Shown piece by piece: positions 52,401 through 64,000 of a stretch of DNA of 64,000 nt (positions are counted from its first letter, which is position 1; the number at the start of each line of letters is the position of its first letter). A program made the position numbers and the translations under genes. Source of the stretch: Eledone cirrhosa (Eukaryota); NCBI GenBank assembly GCA_964016885.1, contig OZ024741.1:110980001-111044000 (forward strand), in the 5' to 3' direction. The notes beneath the pieces are model-generated. The model saw nothing but the letters and a program-made list of their open reading frames with translations. It was not told where the DNA came from and searched no databases.

Positions 52401-55400
52401 GATTATATATATGTAGTGTTTGTTATATATAGTGTAGTGTAGATTATATATTTGTAGTGTCAGTTATATATAGTGTAGTGTAAATTATATATTTGTAGTG
52501 TCAGTTATATATAGCGTAGTGTAAATTATATATATGTAGTGTCAGTTATATATAGTGTAGTGTAGATTATATATATGTAGTGTCAGTTATATATAGTGTA
52601 GTGTAGATTATATATATGTAGTGTCAGTTATATATAGTGTAGTGTAGATTATATATATGTAGTGTCAGTTATATATAGTGTAGTGTAGATTATATGTAGT
52701 GTTAGTTATATATTGTGTAGTGTAGATTATATATATGTAGTGTTTGAAATATATAGTGTAGTGTAGATTATATATTTGTAGTGTCAGTTATATATAGTGT
52801 AGTGTAAATTATATATATGTAGTGTCAGTTATATATAGTGTAGTGTAGATTATATATTTGTAGTGTCAGTTATATATAGTGTAGTGTAAATTATATATAT
52901 GTAGTGTCAGTTATATATAGTGTAGTGTAGATAATATATATGTAGTGTCAGTTATATATAGTGTAGTGTAGATTATATATATGTAGTGTCAGTTATATAT
53001 AGTGTAGTGTAAATTATATATATGTAGTGTCAGTTATATATAGTGTAGTGTAGATTATATATATGTAGTGTCAGTTATATATAGTGTAGTGTAGATTATA
53101 TATATGTAGTGTCAGTTGTATATAGTGTAGTGTAGATTATATATATGTAGTGTCAGTTGTATATAGTGTAGTGTAGATTATATATATGTAGTGTCAGTTA
53201 TATATAGTGTAGTGTAGATTATATATATGTAGTGTCAGTTATATATATATAGTGTAGTGTAAATTATATATATGTAGTGTCAGTTATATATAGTGTAGTG
53301 TAAATTATATATATGTAGTGTCAGTTATATATAGTGTAGTGTAAATTATATATATGTAGTGTCAGTTATATATAGTGTAGTGTAGATTATATATATGTAG
53401 TGTCAGTTATATATAGTATAGTGTAGATTATATGTAGTGTAGTGTAGATTATATATATGTAGTGTCAGTTATATATAGGGTAGTGTAAATTATATATATG
53501 TAGTGTCAGTTATATATAGTGTAGTGTAAATTATATATAGTGTAGTGTAGATTATATATATGTAGTGTCAGTTATATATAGTGTAGTGTAGATTATATAT
53601 ATGTAGTGTCAGTTATATATAGTGTAGTGTAAATTATATATATGTAGTGTCAGTTATATATAGTGTAGTGTAAATTATATATATGTAGTGTCAGTTATAT
53701 ATAGTGTAGTGTAGATTATATATATGTAGTGTCAGTTATATATAGTGTAGTGTAAATTATATATTTGTAGTGGCAGTTATATATAGTGTAGTGTAGATTA
53801 TATATATGTAGTGTCAGTTATATATAGTGTAGTGTAGATTATATGTATGTAGTGTCAGTTATATATAGTGAAGTGTAGATTATATATATGTAGTGTCAGT
53901 TATATATAGTGTAGTGTAGATTATATATATGTAGTGTCAGTTATATATAGTGTAGTGTAGATTATATATATGTAGTGTCAGTTATATATATATAGTGTAG
54001 TGTAGATTATATATATGTAGTGTCAGTTATGTGTAGTGTAGATCATATATATGTAGTGTCAGTTATATATAGTGTAGTCTAGATTATATATATGTAGTGT
54101 CAGTTATATATAGTGTAGTGTAGATTATATATATGTAGTGTCAGTTATATATAGGGTAGTGTAAATTAAATATATGTAGTGTCAGTTATATATTGTGTAG
54201 TGTAAATTATATATATATAGTGTCAGTTATATATAGTGTAGTGTAGATTATATATATGTAGTGTCAGTTATATATAGTGTAGTGTAGATTATATGTAGTG
54301 TCAGTTATATATAGTGTAGTGTAGATTATATATATGTAGTGTCAGTTATATATAGTGTAGTGTAAATTATATATATGTAGTGTCAGTTATATATAGGGTA
54401 GTGTAAATTATATATATGTAGTGTCAGTTATATATAGTGTAGTGTAAATTATATATATGTAGTGTAAATTATATATATGTAGTGTCAGTTATATATAGTG
54501 TAGTGTAGATTATATATATGTAGTGTCAGTTATATATAGTGTAGTGTAAATTATATATATGTAGTGTCAGTTATATATAGAGTAGTGTAAATTATATATA
54601 TGTAGTGTCATTTATATATAGTGTAGTGTAGATTATATATATGTAGTGTCAGTTATATATAGTGTAGTGTAGATTATATGTAGTGTTAGTTATATATTGT
54701 GTAGTGTAGATTATATATATGTAGTGTTAGTTATATATAGTGTAGTGTAGATTATATATTTGTAGTGTCAGTTATATATAGTGTAGTCTAAATTATATAT
54801 ATGTAGTGTCAGTTATATATAGTGTAGTGTAGATTATATATTTGTAGTGTCAGTTATATATAGCGTAGTGAAAATTATATATATGTAGTGTCAGTTATAT
54901 ATAGTGTAGTGTAGATTATATATATGTAGTGTCAGTTATATATAGTGTAGTGTAGATTATATATATGTAGTGTCAGTTATATATAGTGTAGTGTAGATTA
55001 TATATATGTAGTGTCAGTTATATATAGTGTAGTGTAGATTATATGTAGTGTTAGTTATATATTGTGTAGTGTAGATTATATATATGTAGTGTTAGTTATA
55101 TATAGTGTAGTGTAGATTATATATTTGTAGTGTCAGTTATATATAGTGTAGTGTAAATTATATATATGTAGTGTCAGTTATATATAGTGTAGTGTAGATT
55201 ATATATTTGTAGTGTCAGTTATATATAGTGTAGTGTAAATTATATATATGTAGTGTCAGTTATATATAGTGTAGTGTAGATAATATATATGTAGTGTCAG
55301 TTATATATAGTGTAGTGTAGATTATATATATGTAGTGTCAGTTATATATAGTGTAGTGTAAATTATATATATGTAGTGTCAGTTATATATAGTGTAGTGT

Positions 55401-58400
55401 AGATTATATATATGTAGTGTCAGTTATATATAGTGTAGTGTAGATTATATATATGTAGTGTCAGTTGTATATAGTGTAGTGTAGATTATATATATGTAGT
55501 GTCAGTTGTATATAGTGTAGTGTAGATTATATATATGTAGTGTCAGTTATATATAGTGTAGTGTAGATTATATATATGTAGTGTCAGTTATATATATATA
55601 GTGTAGTGTAAATTATATATATGTAGTGTCAGTTATATATAGTGTAGTGTAAATTATATATATGTAGTGTCAGTTATATATAGTGTAGTGTAAATTATAT
55701 ATATGTAGTGTCAGTTATATATAGTGTAGTGTAGATTATATATATGTAGTGTCAGTTATATATAGTATAGTGTAGATTATATGTAGTGTCAGTTATATAT
55801 AGTGTAGTGTAAATTATATATATGTAGTGTCAGTTATATATAGTGTAGTGTAAATTATATATAGTGTAGTGTAGATTATATATATGTAGTGTCAGTTATA
55901 TATAGTGTAGTGTAGATTATATATATGTAGTGTCAGTTATATATAGTGTAGTGTAAATTATATATATGTAGTGTCAGTTATATATAGTGTAGTGTAAATT
56001 ATATATATGTAGTGTCAGTTATATATAGTGTAGTGTAAATTATATATAGTGTAGTGTAGATTATATATATGTAGTGTCAGTTATATATAGTGTAGTGTAG
56101 ATTATATATATGTAGTGTCAGTTATATATAGGGTAGTGTAAATTATATATATGTAGTGTCAGTTATATATAGTGTAGTGTAAATTATATATAGTGTAGTG
56201 TAGATTATATATATGTAGTGTCAGTTATATATAGTGTAGTGTAGATTATATATATGTAGTGTCAGTTATATATAGTGTAGTGTAAATTATATATATGTAG
56301 TGTCAGTTATATATAGTGTAGTGTAAATTATATATATGTAGTGTCAGTTATATATAGTGTAGTGTAGATTATATATATGTAGTGTCAGTTATATATAGTG
56401 TAGTGTAAATTATATATTTGTAGTGTCAGTTATATATAGTGTAGTGTAGATTATATATATGTAGTGTCAGTTATATATAGTGTAGTGTAGATTATATGTA
56501 TGTAGTGTCAGTTATATATAGTGAAGTGTAGATTATATATATGTAGTGTCAGTTATATATATATATAGTGTAGTGTAGATTATATATATGTAGTGTCAGT
56601 TATGTGTAGTGTAGATCATATATATGTAGTGTCAGTTATATATTGTGTAGTCTAGATTATATATATGTAGTGTCAGTTATATATAGTGTAGTGTAGATTA
56701 TATATATGTAGTGTCAGTTATATATAGTGTAGTGTAGATTATATGTAGTGTCAGTTATATATAGTGTAGTGTAGATTATATATATGTAGTGTCAGTTATA
56801 TATAGTGTAGTGTAAATTATATATATGTAGTGTCAGTTATATATAGGGTAGTGTAAATTATATATATGTAGTGTCAGTTATATATAGTGTAGTGTAAATT
56901 ATATATATGTAGTGTCAGTTATATATAGTGTAGTGTAAATTATATATATGTAGTGTAAATTATATATATGTAGTGTCAGTTATATATAGTGTAGTGTAGA
57001 TTATATATATGTAGTGTCAGTTATATATAGTGTAGTGTAAATTATATATATGTAGTGTCAGTTATATATAGAGTAGTGTAAATTATATATATGTAGTGTC
57101 AGTTATATATAGTGTAGTGTAAATTATGTATATGTAGTGTCAGTTATATATAGTGTAGTGTCAGTTATATATAGTGTAGTGTCAGTTATATGTAGTGTAG
57201 TGTAAATTATATATATGTAGTGTAAATTATATATATGTAGTGTCAGTTATATATAGTGTAGTGTAAATTATATATATGTAGTGTAAATTATATATATGTA
57301 GTGTCAGTTATATATAGTGTAGTGTAGATTATATATATGTAGTGTCAGTTATATATAGTGTAGTGTAAATTATATATATGTAGTGTCAGTTATATATAGA
57401 GTAGTGTAAATTATATATATGTAGTGTCATTTATATATAGTGTAGTGTAGATTATATATATGTAGTGTCAGTTATATATAGTGTAGTGTAGATTATATGT
57501 AGTGTTAGTTATATATTGTGTAGTGTAGATTATATATATGTAGTGTTAGTTATATATAGTGTAGTGTAGATTATATATTTGTAGTGTCAGTTATATATAG
57601 TGTAGTCTAAATTATATATATGTAGTGTCAGTTATATATAGTGTAGTGTAGATTATATATTTGTAGTGTCAGTTATATATAGCGTAGTGTAAATTATATA
57701 TATGTAGTGTCAGTTATATATAGTGTAGTGTAGATTATATATATGTAGTGTCAGTTATATATAGTGTAGTGTAGATTATATATATGTAGTGTCAGTTATA
57801 TATAGTGTAGTGTAGATTATATATATGTAGTGTCAGTTATATATAGTGTAGTGTAGATTATATGTAGTGTTAGTTATATATTGTGTAGTGTAGATTATAT
57901 ATATGTAGTGTTAGTTATATATAGTGTAGTGTAGATTATATATTTGTAGTGTCAGTTATATATAGTGTAGTGTAAATTATATATATGTAGTGTCAGTTAT
58001 ATATAGTGTAGTGTAGATTATATATTTGTAGTGTCAGTTATATATAGTGTAGTGTAGATTATATATATGTAGTGTCAGTTATATATAGTGTAGTGTAAAT
58101 TATATATATGTAGTGTCAGTTATATATAGTGTAGTGTAGATTATATATATATAGTGTCAGTTATATATAGTGTAGTGTAGATTATATATATGTAGTGTCA
58201 GTTGTATATAGTGTAGTGTAGATTATATATATGTAGTGTCAGTTGTATATAGTGTAGTGTAGATTATATATATGTAGTGTCAGTTATATATAGTGTAGTG
58301 TAGATTATATATATGTAGTGTCAGTTATATATATATAGTGTAGTGTAAATTATATATATGTAGTGTCAGTTATATATAGTGTAGTGTAGATTATATATTT

Positions 58401-61400
58401 GTAGTGTCAGTTATATATAGCGTAGTGTAAATTATATATATGTAGTGTCAGTTATATATAGTGTAGTGTAGATTATATATATGTAGTGTCAGTTATATAT
58501 AGTGTAGTGTAGATTATATATATGTAGTGTCAGTTATATATAGTGTAGTGTAGATTATATATATGTAGTGTCAGTTATATATAGTGTAGTGTAGATTATA
58601 TGTAGTGTTAGTTATATATTGTGTAGTGTAGATTATATATATGTAGTGTTAGTTATATATAGTGTAGTGTAGATTATATATTTGTAGTGTCAGTTATATA
58701 TAGTGTAGTGTAAATTATATATATGTAGTGTCAGTTATATATAGTGTAGTGTAGATTATATATTTGTAGTGTCAGTTATATATAGTGTAGTGTAGATTAT
58801 ATATATGTAGTGTCAGTTATATATAGTGTAGTGTAAATTATATATATGTAGTGTCAGTTATTTATAGTGTAGTGTAGATTATATATATGTAGTGTCAGTT
58901 ATATATAGTGTAGTGTAGATTATATATATGTAGTGTCAGTTGTATATAGTGTAGTGTAGATTATATATATGTAGTGTCAGTTGTATATAGTGTAGTGTAG
59001 ATTATATATATGTAGTGTCAGTTATATATAGTGTAGTGTAGATTATATATATGTAGTGTCAGTTATATATATATAGTGTAGTGTAAATTATATATATGTA
59101 GTGTCAGTTATATATATATAGTGTAGTGTAAATTATATATATGTAGTGTCAGTTATATATAGTGTAGTGTAAATTATATATATGTAGTGTCAGTTATATA
59201 TAGTGTAGTGTAGATTATATATATATGTAGTGTCAGTTATATATAGTGTAGTGTAGATTATATATATGTAGTGTCAGTTGTATATAGTGTAGTGTAGATT
59301 ATATATATGTAGTGTCAGTTGTATATAGTGTAGTGTAGATTATATATATGTAGTGTCAGTTATATATAGTGTAATGTAGATTATATATATGTAGTGTCAG
59401 TTATATATATATAGTGTAGTGTAAATTATATATATGTAGTGTCAGTTATATATAGTGTAGTGTAAATTATATATATGTAGTGTCAGTTATATATAGTGTA
59501 GTGTAAATTATATATATGTAGTGTCAGTTATATATAGTGTAGTGTAGATTATATATATGTAGTGTCAGTTATCTATAGTATAGTGTAGATTATATGTAGT
59601 GTCAGTTATATATAGTGTAGTGTAAATTATATATATGTAGTGTCAGTTATATATAGTGTAGTGTAAATTATATATAGTGTAGTGTAGATTATATATATGT
59701 AGTGTCAGTTATATATAGTGTAGTGTAGATTATATATATGTAGTGTCAGTTATATATAGTGTAGTGTAAATTATATATATGTAGTGTCAGTTATATATAG
59801 TGTAGTGTAAATTATATATATGTAGTGTCAGTTATATATAGTGTAGTGTAAATTATATATAGTGTAGTGTAGATTATATATATGTAGTGTCAGTTATATA
59901 TAGTGTAGTGTAGATTATATATATGTAGTGTCAGTTATATATAGGGTAGTGTAAATTATATATATGTAGTGTCAGTTATATATAGTGTAGTGTAAATTAT
60001 ATATAGTGTAGTGTAGATTATATATATGTAGTGTCAGTTATATGTAGTGTAGTGTAGATTATATATATGTAGGTGTCAGTTATATATAGTGTAGTGTAAA
60101 TTATATATATGTAGTGTCAGTTATATATAGTGTAGTGTAAATTATATATATGTAGTGTCAGTTATATATAGTGTAGTGTAGATTATATATATGTAGTGTC
60201 AGTTATATATAGTGTAGTGTAAATTATATATTTGTAGTGTCAGTTATATATAGTGTAGTGTAGATTATATATATGTAGTGTCAGTTATATATAGTGTAGT
60301 GTAGATTATATGTATGTAGTGTCAGTTATATATAGTGAAGTGTAGATTATATATATGTAGTGTCAGTTATATATAGTGTAGTGTAGATTATATATATGTA
60401 GTGTCAGTTATATATAGTGTAGTGTAGATTATATATATGTAGTGTCAGTTATATATATATAGTGTAGTGTAGATTATATATATGTAGTGTCAGTTATGTG
60501 TAGTGAAGATCATATATATGTCGTGTCAGCTATATATAGTGTAGTCTAGATTATATATATGTAGTGTCAGTTATATATAGTGTAGTGTAGATTATATATA
60601 TGTAGTGTCAGTTATATATAGGGTAGTGTAAATTAAATATATGTAGTGTCAGTTATATATTGTGTAGTGTAAATTATATATATATAGTGTCAGTTATATA
60701 TAGTGTAGTGTAGATTATATATATGTAGTGTCAGTTATATATAGTGTAGTGTAGATTATATGTAGTGTCAGTTATATATAGTGTAGTGTAGATTATATAT
60801 ATGTAGTGTCAGTTATATATAGTGTAGTGTAAATTATATATATGTAGTGTCAGTTATATATAGGGTAGTGTAAATTATATATATGTAGTGTCAGTTATAT
60901 ATAGTGTAGTGTAAATTATATATATGTAGTGTCAGTTATATATAGTGTAGTGTAAATTATATATATGTAGTGTCAGTTATATATAGTGTAGTGTAGATTA
61001 TATATATGTAGTGTCAGTTATATATAGGGTAGTGTAAATTAAATATATGTAGTGTCAGTTATATATTGTGTAGTGTAAATTATATATATATAGTGTCAGT
61101 TATATATAGTGTAGTGTAGATTATATATATGTAGTGTCAGTTATATATAGTGTAGATTATATATATGTAGTGTCAGTTATATATAGTGTAGTGTAAATTA
61201 TATATATGTAGTGTCAGTTATATATAGAGTAGTGTAAATTATATATATGTAGTGTCAGTTATATATAGTGTAGTGTAAATTATGTATATGTAGTGTCAGT
61301 TATATATAGTGTAGTGTCAGTTATATATAGTGTAGTGTCAGTTATATGTAGTGTAGTGTAAATTATATATATGTAGTGTAAATTATATATATGTAGTGTC

Positions 61401-62283
61401 AGTTATATATTGTGTAGTGTAAATTATATATATATAGTGTCAGTTATATATAGTGTAGTGTAGATTATATATATATGGTGCCAGTTATATATTGTGTAGT
61501 GTAAATTGTATATATGTAGTGTTAGTTATATATAGTGTAGTGTAAATTATATATATGTAGTGTCAGTTATATATTGTGTAGTGTAAATTATATATATGTA
61601 GTGTCAGTTATATATTGTGTAGTGTAAAATATATATATGTAGTGTCAGTTATATATAGTGTAGTGTAGATTATATATATGTAGTTTCAGTTATATATAGT
61701 GTAGTGTAGATTATATATATGTCATCTCAGTTATATATAGTGTAGTGTAAATTATATATATGTAGTGTCAGTTATATATAGTGTAGTGTAAATTATATAT
61801 ATGTAGTGTCAGTTATATATAGTGTAGTGTAAATTATATATATGTAGTGTCAGTTATATATAGTGTAGTGTAAATTATATATATGTAGTGTCAGTTATAT
61901 ATAGTGTAGATTATATATATGTAGTGTCAGTTATATATAGTGTAGTGTAGATTATATATTTGTAGTGTCAGTTATATATAGTACAGTGTCAATTATATAT
62001 ATGTAGTGTCAGTTATATATAGTGTAGTGTAAATTATATATATGTAGTGTCAGTTATATATAGTGTAGTGTAAATTATATATATGTAGTGTCAGTTATAT
62101 ATAGTGTAGTGTAAATTATATATATGTAGTGTCAGTTATATATAGTGTAGTGTAAATTATATATATGTAGTGTCAGTTATATATAGTGTAGATTATATAT
62201 ATGTAGTGTCAGTTATATATAGTGTAGTGTAGATTATATATTTGTAGTGTCAGTTATATATAGTACAGTGTCAATTATATATA
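37463..62283. repeat. 41-bp satellite array (~600 copies) with higher-order structure
   Basis: Consensus agtgtagtgta(g/a)attatatatatgtagtgtcagttatatat, made of related 21- and 20-bp halves. The + strand is almost C-free. Confidence 0.98.
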
Positions 62284-63396
62284 CTAGCTGAACAGTGAAA
62301 AAATTCACGTATAATCCCCTCTCTCTAACTTATAAAAATACATACTCAAGGACATAATTCACAGAAATGCACATACATTAACACAAACATACATTCACAC
62401 ATATACATTTACACAAAGACAGTCATGATAGCGTTACATACAGTCATGATAGCGTTCTATTTAATTGGAAATTGGGAGGGTAAAACAAGTATAACGTTTT
62501 ATTTATTTATTAACTCTATTTATTTACTAGCAGTAAAGCCCGGCGTTGCTCGGGTCGCTCAGTAGCTGTGTTAAAGTTACAATGTTAAGTTTCTTTTTTG
62601 GCTTAAAAACTGTAGTGTCTACTGTGCAGACTTGCATGTGGTGTTTTTGATTAATATTCCCTCAACCAACAATATGCCTTATGAAGTTAAGAAAACATAA
62701 CGATAACCCGAATGTTATAACAAAAGAGGATGCTGGGGATAAAAACTGCACTGATTATTTATTAACAAAGATCGAAAATGTAAACACTGCAACGCAGAGA
62801 AAAACAACGTAAGACGCTCAATGTAAACAGAACAAAGGGAAATAACTCGTCACTTACGCTCAAAAATCGATACATTAGATTCGATTTCGTCACATAGGGT
62901 GGGTCAATTTGAAATATTTTTTTTCCGATGTCTTCGCTAGGGCTCAATGTACAAGTATAGCAATTTCGGTGCAATTCCGTCAGAGATTCTAAGAGGAGAT
63001 GTGTGCCAAAAATCGATAGACAGACAGACAACCACAGCTTTATATATATAGATGACATAATCAAAAACAAGAACTTATTTGAAAATTTATTTGACCGATG
63101 GTTCCGCCGGACCTTCATCTATAAGTGTAGCAATTTCACCGAAATTTGAACGTACGGTTTAAGAGGAGATGTGTGCCGAAGGTTTTAGTAGACAGACAGA
63201 CAACCTCAGTTTTATATATATAGATGACATAATCAAAAACAAGAACTTATTTGAAAATTTATTTGACCGATGGTTCCGCCGGACCTTCATCTATAAGTGT
63301 AGCAATTTCACCGAAATTTGAACGTACGGTTTAAGAGGAGATGTGTGCCGAAGGTTTTAGTAGACAGACAGACAACCTCAGTTTTATATATATAGA
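62284..63396 (-). mobile_element. Composite non-autonomous Helitron with two 3' ends and three tandem 5' ends
   Basis: 3' ends: hairpin + CTAG at 62284 (gtgaattttttcac) and at 62527 (cccgagcaacgccggg). 5' ends: TCTATATATATAAA...GTCTGTCTGTC at 63052, 63224 and 63396 (172-bp spacing). Confidence 0.75.
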
Positions 63397-63411
63397 TTAA
63401 CTCTTTTTTTT

Positions 63412-63870
63412 TAGCTTGTGTAGTGTGTATATTGATATTATACGTAAGTATATATACATGTAGATATGATACATCAAATAAAACCGTAATTGACAATATG
63501 CACAGAAATTGAACGAAGACTGTGTTACACTGTCTTATGTAATCAGTAACGTAATCCATGGTACATTAAAAAAAGACGATATTATATATATACCCGCCGA
63601 GGTTAACTTTGCCTTTCATCATTCCGGGGTCGATAGAATAAAGTACCAGTAATTGCTGGCCTTGCGCCAAAAGTAGAAACAATTATATATATACCTGCTA
63701 GCATGTGTAGTGTGTATATTGATATTATACGCAAGTATATATGCATGTAGATATGATCAAATAAAATCGTAATTGACAATATACACAGAAATTGAACGAA
63801 GACTGTGTTACATTGTCTTATTTAATCAGTAACGTAATCCATGGTACTTTAAAAAAATACGATATCTAAT
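63412..63870 (+). repeat. ~175-bp direct duplication (287-bp spacing) separated by a SINE fragment (63593-63683)
   Basis: tagc.tgtgtagtgtgtatattgatattatacg...gtaatccatggtac at 63412 and 63699. Confidence 0.8.
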
Positions 63871-64000
63871 ATATATTTGTGAAATGGGCGGTGGTTGAAA
63901 TTCAGATGTGTACGGTTAAATGGTAGTAGACGTGGTCGGACTGAAAAAATTTACACACCTATGTAAAAAGTGCCAAGGAAGCAAATAGACGAGGTTTCAA

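Noticed and set aside
37463-62283. CRISPR array or telomere
   Set aside because: There are no unique spacers or cas genes and the context is eukaryotic. No TTAGGG runs are present (only rare tagggtag variants), and the array is internal.

Overview
AT-rich eukaryotic repeat DNA with no recognisable host gene. The SINE/RTE repertoire and (TA)n density suggest a mollusc, probably an Octopus-like cephalopod (inference). Positions 1-37.5 kb are a mosaic of degenerate mobile elements: a Penelope-like RT/GIY-YIG element, a RepHel Helitron with both termini, non-autonomous Helitrons, RTE-like LINE fragments, tRNA-derived SINEs, a DD37D (maT) Tc1/mariner, hAT- and piggyBac-type MITEs, and an R4/Dong-like fragment. 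A near full-length CRE-like RLE retrotransposon and older CRE fragments are also present. Positions 37.5-62.3 kb are a ~24.8 kb 41-bp satellite with nested higher-order duplications (1342, 1219 and 6245 bp). The array is bounded exactly by the CRE target-site duplication on the left and a Helitron-like CTAG end on the right. The most unexpected layer is a dense set of non-coding elements carrying type I hammerhead-ribozyme motifs (CTGANGA...GAAA...TH). They occur as retrozyme-like direct repeats and as 90-270 bp foldback palindromes.
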